A stretch of 64,000 nt of DNA from Sphyrna mokarran (lineage: Eukaryota): positions 99,882,001-99,946,000 of the forward strand of contig JAGIQG010000009.1 in assembly GCA_024679065.1 (NCBI GenBank). The letters run 5' to 3'. The position numbers were made by a program, and so were the translations under genes. The notes beneath the pieces are model-generated. The model was given only the letters and a program-made list of their open reading frames with translations, was not told the origin of the DNA and searched no databases. Positions 24,331 to 36,560 of the stretch are shown here, piece after piece; within the stretch, counting starts at the first letter, position 1, and every line of letters begins with the position of its first letter.

Positions 24331-25554
24331 GCTCAGTTTGTTCGAACTCTTTGGATTTTAGAATGATTAATACATATCCTATCAACACAACGTCCTGAAT
24401 GATGCAGTTTATATGTACGCGATTTTTCTGCATTGATGAGGTAACTGCAGTCATGTCTAATTACTGTAGATTTCGTGGTGTTCAATTGAAAATCAAATGA
24501 GATTTTCACGCAAAGTGACTTATTTTCAGCTTCTTCGCAATCAACAACAGTTATGAAACTGCAATTATTTTCCGATTGCTTGATCAAGTTAAGATATGGT
24601 TCATTTCTGATATCCGTATGACCATATGGGCAAAAGATTCCGCTATTTCTTTGCATCAACTATTTTCTATTACCGAACTTGATACTACGAATACATTGGG
24701 ACATTCGTTAGCTACATCCTCCAAGGTTTACATGACGACGACTCTGCTTGCTATATGTCGTGGTTTAATCTACACAAGCGCCAATAACAGTTTTATTTGT
24801 ATATAATGCAAGCGAAATTCGAAAATCCAGGTGTCATTTTATTAGAGGAATATAAAAACTACTCAACAAAATAAATAGTGTAGCTGCCTCATAGTGTACT
24901 AATCAGTATCAAGACAGGAGAAACAGCAATAACTGAAAAAAAAATCGTCGAACAAATGAAATATAGCACGTTAAGTTACAGACAGATTTGCGATTGTTCG
25001 CAGGAATTTTCACAGGCACTAAACGTTTGTCAGTGATCATTGTGAATCAAAAATATCCTCTAAGTTCTTCTCTTCGTCACCTGGAATTATAGTTTATTTT
25101 TCTCCCTTCATGATCAAACACCTAATTTCCCTTCAACAGCAATTCCATCTCCCACTGCTACAAAGGCTGATTGCATCTGCGTGGTTCAGTTTCTTTTGCA
25201 GAGATTACTTCCCAATGGGTTTAAACGTCTGCATCTCAGCAACTGTTGATCAGCATAATCTCAGCTCTGTAGTTCTGCTGACAAGATGAAAACTGCTCAG
25301 GAGTTTTTATTTGCTCCCTGCTTCCAGATTCAGCCTGCAGAGAATCCTCAGCTTCAGTATGCTGGAATTGGCTCATCAACACCACGCACTTCGCACGTCC
25401 ACTCCGTCCGCCCAAAGCCACGTTAAGCGTGGCTATCAGTTGCAGTCCATGGACCCTTTTTCACCGTTACTGAAGCTCTTGATTACATTTAATGAGCTAA
25501 CATTACTTCACTGAGCCGGCCCTTCAGCAGCTTCAACAAGCTGATCCCTAATCC

Positions 25555-25830
25555 ATAACATAGAAACAGAAAATAAATGAATGTTGGCATAGCTACTCTG
25601 TCCTATGTCTTTGTTCTACCTAACAATATGCATAACATCCTTGCACACTTTCCTAATCCGAGCAGTTCCATGTGCAGCCTCCCACCTCATGAATACTACC
25701 TGTTCCTTCGCCAATCTGCAATCATCTGAGAATTTAGCCATCACACTCCCAATCCCTTCATCTCGGTCATTTAAGTTCAGTGTGGCAAATTGGGGCCAGA
25801 ACTTTGAATCCTGCAGATTTTTAATAGTCA
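25555..25830 (-). mobile_element. CR1 RT fragment
   Basis: ORF 25616-25831 'PQFATLNLNDRDEGIGSVMAKFSDD' matches the RT core (IND.....KFADD). Confidence 0.65.
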
Positions 25831-26319
25831 CCGAATGCCAACATAAAATCTCCGTTTATTTGTACTTTCTGCATTCTACCAGTCGGCTTTGTGTGAATGC
25901 TAACATTACAGTAAATATAGGGAGACATGTTTATCATAAATACTTACTGCAAATTTCACGAAGTGTGTAAATTTCTAAAGGGAAACAGCAGAATATATTC
26001 GATATTCATAAGCAAATGAAGTGTGAAGAATGCTCTTATCTAACATTGCATTTGGAAATAGACCATGTGTAAAGTTCGCCATATTTTCATCGACGGCATT
26101 GTCTGCGTTCCCATTGGGTGCCGTCCTTTCGTTTACTGGCATATGGCATGTGTAAATACATACATTCACACTGATAGCGAAATGTTTTATCATCGTTTAA
26201 TTATGTATCAAATGTCAAACTAAAAACTTCCGTTTAAGTGGGAAGTATATATTTATTATTTTTGTGTTAATTCCGAGGAAGCAGTTATAATTTGCACTTA
26301 AATAAAACAGCAAATGTTG

Positions 26320-26625
26320 GGAGTCACGGTAGCACAGTGGATAGCATTGCTATCTTACAGCATTAAAGACCCGAGTTCAATTCCGCCCGTTGTATATTTT
26401 CTGTATGCATGTATCGGGCTCTTCCTGCGTCTGTGTTGGTTTCCTTTGGGTGCTCCGGCTTCCTCCTGCAGGATTAGGCTGATTGGTCATTGAAAATTGT
26501 CGCTCGCGTCAGGATACTAGTCGAGTAAACATGTTGGATCACGGGGCTAAGGCCTGGATGGTATTGAAGTCTCGATCTGCCGAATGTCCTTCTTCTGCAG
26601 TGTATGGATTATATGATTCTATGAT
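26320..26625 (+). mobile_element. HE1-like tRNA-derived SINE
   Basis: 'cacggtagcacagtggatagc' A-box, 'gagttcaattcc' B-box, core 'gggtgctccggcttcctcc', tail 'ccgaatgtccttcttctgcagtgtatggattatatgattctatga'. Confidence 0.85.
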
Positions 26626-26949
26626 GCTATACACTTAATTCAATGAAAATTTTCAACTAAGCATTTGAAACACATTTCATCAACATGACTTCAGCAGTTG
26701 AAAGTGCACTTACTTCGGATGTCACGTGCAGAATGAAAATCAAGGTATGTTGAGGTACTTTACCTGATTCTTTTTCACGCAGTGTTTCCGCTATTAAAAT
26801 GAAATACAGAAATAAATTAAACATTGAATTACTAAAATCCCACAATTTGCTTCAAATAACAATTATTAATCAACATCAGAATTCTCAGCAGGTGGTTATT
26901 TCTCAAGGAAACGTGGAAAAGCGCGCAATTAAATAAAGTTGCTCTTGCG

Positions 26950-27245
26950 TTGTCGTATTACCATTGGACTAATAATTCACAGATCCAATGGATAAGGTTT
27001 GGAATCTCACCACGGCAGATGGTAAAAACTTGAATTCAATAAATATCTGGAATAAAGGTTCAGTGATGACACTTGTGGATTGTCTTACGAAAAATCATTC
27101 ATGGTTGGCAAACTGTTCTCTGGCCTATACATGGTTTCAGGGCCACAGAAATGTGGTTGACAGTTAAATCCAGCAAGGCATTCAATTCTAGAAAAGAAAG
27201 GTGGATGCCAAACATTTCTGGCCCAGCTAGAGACACTGATAGCGC
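26950..27245 (+). mobile_element. Deu-domain-like SINE (SacSINE-like), degraded
   Basis: 'aatctcaccacggcagatggt..tgaattcaataaatatctggaat', 'tggcctatacatg', 'ccacagaaatgtggttgac' recall the Deu-SINE core; family assignment is from memory. Confidence 0.5.
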
Positions 27246-29431
27246 TTTGAAGTGTTTTCAGTGTTCCCTTTCGCTTATTTAGATCTCAACTCCGTTTGAA
27301 AATCCTTGGATGCTAAAGGGGCCCACATGGTCAAGTGCTGAAAATGTATCTTCTTGGACTGGTAAGGGACACATAATGTTTACGCCACACAACGGCTGGT
27401 AAAGACAGTCTGCAATTGGGAGGGCGGTGTGGGGGGTGGGGGGTGGAGGGAGGTGATTAATTAAGTCTAATGACATCAAAATACACTACTCTTGTCCCGA
27501 ACCTCACCATAACATCAAACAACCACAAAAATAGCATATAGCAACCAAACATTTTACGGACGCAACCAATTCAAAAACCAGGCATGTTACAGCAAATACA
27601 TCACATCCGGAGTTTCTTAAGTATTTCCACCGGAGAAAAACTCAGAGGAGAGACTGAATGTTTGGTGTTTGATGAGGCACGTGCGCCTCCAAAAATCAAA
27701 AATCTAGACACGATTCAACTCCATATGGACAGCTGAACTGTCACATCCATTTGAAATAGTTGTCATGATTTCCTCCCGGCATTGATGAACAGGGGCAGCT
27801 CTACCTATTACCTGCACATCTCTTTCAAGACAAACCCATTATAAGCTATAAGAAAGGAACGATCGTTGATCGCCATTGACTTCCTATTAGAAACGGACAT
27901 TGCACTTACAGGAAATTATATACCCGTTTTTGCACTGTATAAGGATTATAAAATCCACCCCCCCCTTCACCACCACGCCCTCCAACCGCCCCCACCTCCC
28001 CTCCCCGTAAACGGGGTGTTTACAGGTACACTACAAACAATATTGCCTTCATGAAATCCCTTTCCACAAATAACTCAGGTGCACAAACTTAAGTTCTTAG
28101 CACAGCGGCTCACACACAATTAATATTACGAATAGCATAAAGCCATTACTGAGGATAGTCATGAATCTGAAATAATAATTTAGCCGAAAACAGCCTGAGT
28201 TCGAAATCACTGTTTGACTAAAACCTTCCATCACGTTGAAACGTATCATTCGTTCTGTAGAATAATTTTACAATGACGTAAACGAACATAAACCTTTCTT
28301 AAAGAGAATTAATTATTTAATACACATGCATTAGGCATGTGTTCCAAGACATTTGGAAGTCATGACGTGAATGTCTAATGAATTTAACTTCTGTTAACTA
28401 TATTGAGTGGCTGTCCGCTCTACGAATTTCACAAACAAAAAGCCAGTTTGCTTTGGAAGCGTGGCAAGTTTAAAATTCTTGTAGGAGAAAATGCATCTCG
28501 AGCACTTAAGAGAGGCAGACAACAGAATGCGAAATCTCCCATCAATGATTTCTCAGAAATAATTATGCTCATAAATACACTCATCAGATTCAAAAACTGG
28601 CAACATAATGATCATCCATGAACAAGCATGAAGTGCAGCAAAACATATACATATAGTAAGTTGTTTCCATACAATGAATGGGCACTCCTTCCACTTTCGT
28701 AAACTGACAGTTCTGAGGTTTGACCACTCCTAATGCCTTGATGAGACATCAACATCTGTGGCTTCTTTTGTGTGTGAGAAGATCTTGACTGCCAATCCTT
28801 GGTGATACGAAGCCTAAGCATTCTAGACTTATGGAAGTCTCCTGCTTCGGTGCACGTGCGCAGCATTTGGCCACACCTTGCGATTGAACCAGAACTACTG
28901 AGTGAAACAAGGAGGAGTGGCAGAGCTCTGCAGAATCATATGGTGTTTGCATACATCTATGGTTTGTTGGATGATCTAATCGCCATCATTGCGCCATCGC
29001 GCAATGGTACATTCACAGACCGGGAAGGAGAACCGGAAGTTAAAGGGGAAGGAGCATGTTTCCTTTCCCATAATCACCGTTCAATACAAGAAGAAAGTTC
29101 CAAACGCATATGCAACAATAAGCCTTGTTGCGTCGGTCATAAAATGAAAATCATCTTGCTGAGATGTTCACGTAATAAGGAGGGTTTTCTGATATTGAAG
29201 TCTTTACAGAACGCACAACTTAGAATTTAAATGTAATAATGTTCTTTCTCGGATACAACAGTTCTTCGAGCGCGCCGTTCTAACGTGCCCGCCAATCTTT
29301 TCCTTATGGTTATGCATGACCCTGGATACTTCTGCTATATAGTCCACTGCCTGTCGTTACATTCCCAGTCGGTTAATTTTGCTTCTTTACAGAGGCACGG
29401 GATCAACATAAAACGTAGCACTTAGCTGGTC

Positions 29432-30384
29432 ATGAACCAGCAGAACTTTGCAACTATTGTCCCGGCAAATTTACTCTAAAAATGTTAAGAGTTCCAGTCA
29501 GGAGTTTTGGGTGCAAACCTCGGCATGAGATGGAACATGTGGACTGCCTATGTTCGAGATATTTTAAGCTTTCAAATTTTAATCAATTTCAGGGCAATGC
29601 ATGCGTCATCCGCTCGAAAAATTGAGTTGTAGTACCTATTCTTAAACCATAGATGACACGTTGAATTACAGTTTTGATGGATAGTGACATGATATTGCAT
29701 GATCATGCAATATCATGTCATGATATTGCAATATCATGTGATATAATCACATGATATTGCATCTCCTGAGAACTTCATATTACCAGCTTCGGATTTGGAA
29801 TGAGAAGTTGTTGACGATTGCCTCTGACATTTACACATCCTTTCCCCATTTCCCTTATCTGTGAGATATGCTTCAGAACAGCATATCCCACTGTCATTCA
29901 GAATTGTTGTTCCCATGAATGTTAGTAGTAATATTCGGGCTGGCAGCATTCTACCTCAGATTGTGTATAATTCTGTTCGCCTCCTCTGCCCATGATTGTT
30001 TTCCTCTCATTCGTGTCATTTGCCAATTTTCTTCCGCGTGGACTGAATATTCTGTTGAGTGGGACTCATCCAAGCATCGTTGATCATCAGCTGATGTGCC
30101 CCTTTGTCCTTCAGGCAGAAAGAAATTTGTGCTTCATCCTACTGGGTGCAGACTTGCTGTTTGCACAATTATGCATATCATCGTTTGTGTGAAATCTGTA
30201 ATAGCTGTTTGACGCATGCATTGCCCTGAAATGTATTAAACTTTGAAAGCTTAAAATATCTCGAACATAGGCAGTCCACATGTTCCATCTCATGCCGAGG
30301 TTTGCACCCCAAACTCCTGACTGGAACTCTACCATTTTTAGAATAAATTTCCCGCGACCATAGTTGCAAAGTTCTACTGGTCAT
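29432..30384. repeat. Long inverted repeat (arms 29432-29608 and 30210-30384, 601-bp spacer)
   Basis: Manual alignment shows about 12 differences in ~177 bp, with a perfectly matching central stretch of ~65 bp. Confidence 0.95.
29685..29761. repeat. Array of overlapping palindromes built from catgatattgca
   Basis: Five alternating-orientation copies of the 12-mer; perfect 36-bp palindrome at 29685-29720. Confidence 0.95.
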
Positions 30385-30524
30385 CCATCCTTTTCTTCCA
30401 TTGCATACAGTGTCACATTGAATCCACATAATTAGGTCCAGGTATAACTTCCATTCAGGCACACTTCATCCGGTGAAAGAGCTTCCTGCTAACATCATGG
30501 TAAAACATGATCATCCGCAGTTGG

Positions 30525-30816
30525 TGTCTATACAAAACGGAAGGAAGTCATTTGCCCCATCAAGCATGCACCGAAAACAATCACACACAAATTCTGCCCC
30601 AAATACCCTATTACACCTGACACAAAGTGGCAATTTGAATGACCTAACATAATCTGCATGTATTTGGACTGTGGGTGAAAACTGGAGCACCTTGAATTAG
30701 CCCCCGGAGTCATGTGGAGAACATACAAACTGCACAGTCACCTGCAGCCGAAATCGAACGTGGGTTCCTGGCACTGTGTGGCCACATTTCTAAACATTGT
30801 GCCAATATGCCGCCCT
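30525..30816 (-). mobile_element. HE1-like SINE
   Basis: Minus head 'gggcggcatattggcacaatgtttag', B-box 'cgttcgatttc', core 'gtgctccagttttcacccacagtccaaa'. Confidence 0.8.
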
Positions 30817-31224
30817 GGATGAGTTCTTGGAGAAGAATGGTAAGCGGCATATTGTTGACCCACGGGGCCACAGCTTACTTGTAGTCTGACTTCTATGACC
30901 TAATCAATGTCATAGCAGGCAATTGTTGTTTGCGGCTTTTCTGGCTGCTACGGATGGTGTTTTCTCTGGCGGATATTGGCGAAAAGCATTACCAGTGATT
31001 CAATGGAATAGTTCTGAGGAAATGCTGAATAATCCTCAGTGATTCAATGGAACAATTCAGACACTAAAATTCCTCTTTATCTGGAAGACTAATTTTGTTT
31101 TGGATGGTGGTGAATAAGAACCCTTTTCGCTCCAGCGTGAATTCGGCACCGTGAACTTGCACTATGGTCAGGAAAGTACTTTTCTGCCTGTCATCCCAAA
31201 ATAATTGACCAAACGTTCATTTTT

Positions 31225-31870
31225 TTTTACGAGGTGTGGGCATTGCTTGTTGTGCGAGTATTGATTAACAATCTCTACTCCCCTCAACTTACTGATAAGT
31301 AAGTTGTCACCGTCTCCTTGCGCCATTGCAGTCCCTGAGACGTTTAGATATCGATAGTGCTGTTCGGAATGGCATTAGTGGATGTGGAGCCAGCGACAGC
31401 GAAGGAATGACGACATATTCTCAACTCATGATTTTGATTGTCTTGGAATAGAACACGAATGTCGTGTTATCCCCAGGTTTCTACTGTCCTTGCCCTTCCA
31501 CGTAGTGGTGATCTGTGATGTGGAAGCTACTGACTAAGATACCTTGTCGATTTCCTGCAGCGCATCATGTGATTGACACAGAATTTTGTCACCGCTTTTG
31601 TGTGTTGGACAGATTCAAAGTGCGTGGAAGTGGTAGAAATTAAATGACCTTCTTGAATATTGTTGCACTCGCACTCATCCGTCGAAGTGGAGAGCACTCA
31701 GGCTGACCTTTGACTTGTGTCTTGTGGATGAGGACAATATGTGCGATAGCCAAAATGGCACGTGCACAAGATTCCTAACCATTAATCTGCTCTTGAAGGC
31801 ATAGTATTTATATGGTTAGTTCAGTTCGTACTCAATTGCCATGCCAGATCAGCCCCAATGTTAGATATTC
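31225..31870 (-). mobile_element. Degraded non-LTR (CR1/L2-group) 3' fragment
   Basis: 'ccagcgacagcgaaggaatgacgacatattctcaactc', 'tgtccttgcccttc' recall a common shark LINE 3' end; assignment is from memory. Confidence 0.5.
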
Positions 31871-33479
31871 CATGCTGTAAGTTATCGTGAGCATCAGAGA
31901 AAGATGATAGGTGTCATTTCCTGCGGATTACTTAAGAGTGTTTTATATCAATTCCAATGAGGGTTGGACGGAACTGGCATAACAGGCAAGTAAAAGCGGG
32001 GCCATGCATCTCATCTGGTCCCCTCCCTCCCGCCCCGATACGTAGATTAACGTTTCAATGTCATAACTTCGATAGGGCTCTCTGGTTAGATCATTGGCAT
32101 GGCATAATTCTGAATGAGCAACAATGCCGGGAGAGCGAATGCATGATCAGCTTAAATGCCACAGTGCAAATGAAACGTGTGTGGAAAGTATCTTGCTTGT
32201 GCACTCGGACACAACATAATAATGTGACGTCAAAATGTGCAAATAACTGTACGAAGGCAAAACGCTTAAGTACTTGCTCGCTTCGCAGTATATCTGCACT
32301 TTGTCCTACCAGACAATCAGACACAGAATGACCACGAGAGGAGATATATCAAACATATGACCGAAATGTGATTAGAATAGGAATTCCTGGTGGACGAAAG
32401 ATGCCCCAGATCTGTCTTCAATATTGCGAGCTGTTTAACTGTATTTCTTATTGCTGACCTCAACACCCCTACAGATTCAAACGAAGAGGGGATGAAATTA
32501 GTTGGAAAATAATGAACACAATTAACCTCAGTCAGAGAGACGGAACTGTCCATGTCGTAACACGAAGGAAACAACGATTCGCCTGAATGCAAATGGCCAA
32601 GTTAGATCTTTGAAATAAATTATGGAACATTCAAACTGCGATGATTATTAAATTCACAACGTTGTTCGCTTCTAAGGAAAGCAAAATTTCAGTCTTCTTC
32701 AGAGCCATGGAAGCAGCGCGCAAACTCCAACTTTGGGTTTGAAGTAGCAATGCTCAAGAAGATATGTTTTCATTCACTTTAGCATGCATTCCAGCTAGCA
32801 CGATTCTAGCAATATACTTCAGCAGGGGATTGCATACCGCTTTATGAGCAGAATCTGGTGAATTCACAAGACATGTCTCAGAATCTAAGGGAGGATTTGA
32901 CAACCTGGTACCTGATCTTTTCGCAGCAAATCCCTGCTCAGCCTTCACTGTTCTGGCTGCGGAGCGATAGCACAGTTGTTCGGAGTGTGCCTCATCACTT
33001 GAGGAATCCCGTTTCAATTACGGTCTCCGGTGATTATCTGATCAGCGCTTGTACATTGTCCTGCAAAGGTTTCCTCCCACAATGCAGTTTAAGTTAATTG
33101 GTCATGTTGTACCCTGCTTTAATGTTAGACAGGATAAGTACGTGGCAGGCTGGCTTGGCCATAGCCTCTTTATGCACTGCAGGGATTGCAAGATTCTGTT
33201 CTATTGTCGGTCTTCTGATTATAGCCCAATAAAACTTGCCAATAATATAGCATGGATACGTCGAAAATATGACAGAAAAGCCAAATATTATGTATAGCTT
33301 TGTGACAACATAAACACACCTCGTATTATGCCATGTTTTAGATATCTGTGAACGTGGCTTCATTCATGTAAATTTTGAACACCGCCATGGAGAGACATGT
33401 TGACTCTTCTACCCGTACGCGCTCTAACTTAAACCTCGCTACTCAGGCAGTGATCATGGTGAACTCGAACCAAAAATTA

Positions 33480-34830
33480 CAGCGCGGTTAGTCTCAGTTC
33501 ACTGGCAAGGAAACTATTCAAGATTCTTCTCAGTGAGGGAATTAATCTTCATTGAGAACGGCATTGGCTCGTCTGGGATAGTCAGCATGGATTTTTGAAA
33601 GACACGTCATTACAAAATATTTGAATTTATGTTTTGAAAATTTGAACGAGTTTCGATGGATTTTGTTATTGATTTTCGCAAAGCTTTTGATACGTCATGC
33701 ATGGAGGGCTAATTGAGAACTTGAAAGCAGATGGAAACTTGGAATAATGTCTCCGAAACTGTCTTAGTAATAGAACACAAAGTGTGATGGTAGAAGGCTC
33801 TTTGCGCGTTGGAAGAACGCAGCACAGTGCCGCACCAATTAAGTTTGGGGTCTCCTACTGTTTGTTATCAGAATAAATGTTATAATTGAGAATGATCAGT
33901 AAATTTACAGATGGTTAATAGCGAAAAAAAATAGATAGGTTGGGCGGATGGTAAATAATGAAAAAGAGTGAAAATATTGCCAGTGCCGTGGCAGATCCCA
34001 TATAAAACTGATAACAGTGAGGTGAATCATTTTGATGAATGTAAGACGACAAGAGAGCATTTATTGAACTGCAAGGTATTGGAAAGCTCAGAGAAACAGA
34101 TTGATCATGAAGTGCTTAGTGACAGATCACAATCCAACAACACAGTTGGTTAGGGTACTTCCGAAAGCAGCACGATTCTAGCAATACACTTCAGCAAGAG
34201 ATTGCAAGCCGCTTTGTGGGAGAATCTTGCTTTTATCAGTCATGACATCAATATAAGAACAATGTGGTAACATTGGAACTGTGCAGAGTGGTGGTTAGGA
34301 CATAGGTGGATCAATCTGTGTAATTCTACTTATCTCAATATAGAAGGATGCAATTGTAGGTAATTAGAAACAAGAGATTCACCAGTGCGTTCACTGGGAG
34401 GAACATTTTAGCTGTATGGAGAGACAGGATCGGCCTAGGTTGCTTTCTTTAAAGCAGAAATGGGTGGGAAGTTAAATGATTGAGGTTTATAAGATTATGA
34501 TCAGTATCGGCAGGGTGTATAAACAACATCTGATCCCCTTCGTTAACTGGCCAATTGCAATATGGCATAGTATTAGGATGAAGGGCAGGAGTGACCTTAA
34601 AAACAAAATCTCAAATGGCTGTCGAAATCTTGAATATACCGCCTGGGGAGTTCACGGAGGCTATAAAACTTGCAACATTTAAAAACTATTTGGATGTTCA
34701 CTTGAAATGGTATGCCATTGATAGATGCGTGACAAGTGCTGCTAGATGAGGTTGTCGCGGCTATCGTCGTTGTTATTGCCTAGAGTGGGTCGATGAGCCT
34801 ATTCTGCACAGTACGACTATCACTCTGTGA
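33480..34830 (+). mobile_element. Degraded CR1 ORF2 RT to 3'UTR
   Basis: SQHGF at ~33580, 'gattttcgcaaagcttttgat' (DFRKAFD), 'MIEVYKIM', tail 'tcgatgagcctattctgcac'. Confidence 0.85.
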
Positions 34831-35422
34831 GTTCAACTGAGCAAGATAATACGGATTCTCAGCAGCAAATATTTTACGCTGGGGAGACATGGAGTTGACT
34901 TTTCTATCCCAGAGAGAGGGGAACCCCTTCCAGTAACCTTGTGGTATTTTTATCTCTGCACATACACATGAATTATGGAGTTGTCTAATTGTTTCAATTA
35001 CTAATGGATGCCACGGGAACAATGGGTGCTACATTACGACTTCGTTTGTTTCGCTGGGGTCAGGTCTAAGGACGGGCGTTCAGGCCGTGGCATGACTGGG
35101 GTGAGAATCACAACTGCAATAGTATAAATAGTGTTATCTGGCGGATAGATTTTTCTGGGGGGCAGCGAAATCCATGGTGCAAGGTATTTAATTCAAATTG
35201 TATGTTTGCATAGTATGTAGTGTATATCATATCCCCAAGTTAACTTTATATTTCTGGAATATTATTGTGCAAACGTTATCTGGGAAACTTCCGACGGGGA
35301 ATTCACCGACATCCTCGGCATTAGCTCACCATCCAACGCTGTATAATTTCGGAGTAAAAGTCTTTTAGTTGTGCATTTCCTTCTGAAGGTGAATAGTCAA
35401 AAAGTAATATTCTGTCAGTTGA

Positions 35423-35695
35423 AGGGCAGCGCGGTGGCACTGCTACCTCAGAACGCCAGGAATTCGGTTTACTTGCGGCCTTCTGGAAGCCTTTGTATAG
35501 ATTTCGAAAGTTTTCCCCAGGGTGCTTTGGCTTTCTTCCACAATTCAAAGATGTGCCAGTTAGGTTCAATGCCTATTTTCTCCTTAATATACTAAATATG
35601 TAACGTTACGACGATAGAGACTGGGGGATTGATGTCGGCGCAAACTCGATGAGGTGAATGACGTCAATTTTCACTTTCTGACGCTATGATTCCAT
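35423..35695 (+). mobile_element. HE1-like SINE, degraded
   Basis: 'ggcagcgcggtggcactgctacctcagaacgccagg' head; tail 'ggcgcaaactcgatg...ctatgattc'. Confidence 0.7.
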
Positions 35696-35989
35696 TAAGT
35701 CACTCGCACGCAATATTTCCTACACTCTAGTCTCCGGTGCAATTCGTTGGATACCAGTTTGCAAAGAACATTCTCTCACCTTGTACTTTAATCACATCTT
35801 TCAATTCCCTCATATCTGAAAGAAACATTCAACGTTATCATGTTAATTGATCATGTCCTGTATGTCCTGTTTTCTTTTTATTTTTATAAATCTAATGTTA
35901 AATTACGCTGGCTATTTAGATAATTACATTGGTGTTGTTTGTGTTAAGTTGGGGTGCATTTCTAAATAAAAGTTCAACGTCAGAAGAAT

Positions 35990-36560
35990 TGAACATAAGG
36001 GATGAAAGCCCGTCACTCACATCTGTTGTCCGATCCAATATGGTCACTTATTTTTAACTCCACTTTTATACCTTTTCCATAAACTCTTTGATTCTCTATG
36101 AGATTAAGTATCCACATTTCACAAAACATCGACATTACAGGGTTAGAAATCCATGGGTGGAACTTCTGCCCACAAGGTTTGTGATTTTTCAAGTATTCGT
36201 AAGACGTTGAGTGGAGATTATCCTCATCATTGTAACAATGGCTTACTCCTCTTCCTCATTTTATGAGTACTGTTCCAACTACTTAAGCCAGAGGAAGAAC
36301 TTGTTGTTCTCTAACATGTCAAGCCCTTTCAAAATCTACATGTTTCAAATAGATTTCCTTTCATTATTCCCATATCCAAGAAAATGTATGTACAATTAGC
36401 TACAGTCTCCGCGTGGGGATACCTTCCTATTGGAGCCAGCAGACTCAGTATCTCCTCAAGCGCAATCTACATGTGCAGAGGCAAATTACAGTGTGGTCTC
36501 GTAATTTAGCCATCACACTATCTGTGTTAAACTATAATCATTAGCAGCACTCTTTCTTTT
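35990..36560 (-). mobile_element. Old CR1 3' fragment
   Basis: 'gaacataagg..aagccc', 'tgtcaagccctttcaaaatctacatgtttcaaatagatttccttcattattc' resemble the minus-strand CR1 3' end. Confidence 0.55.

Noticed and set aside
25236-25514. Coding-looking segment with small hairpin agccacg-ttaag-cgtggct
   Set aside because: No recognisable peptide in the frames examined; a 7-bp hairpin is expected by chance.
29426-30384. 8-bp direct repeat ctggtcat as a hAT-type TSD of the fold-back element
   Set aside because: It overlaps the inverted arms and arises from a small palindrome; taking it as a TSD leaves non-matching termini.
32858-33097. ORF with Ig V-like words (TWY..QQIPAQP) and 'TLSCKGFLP'
   Set aside because: Lacks correctly spaced Cys/Trp and YYC, and has no leader or RSS.
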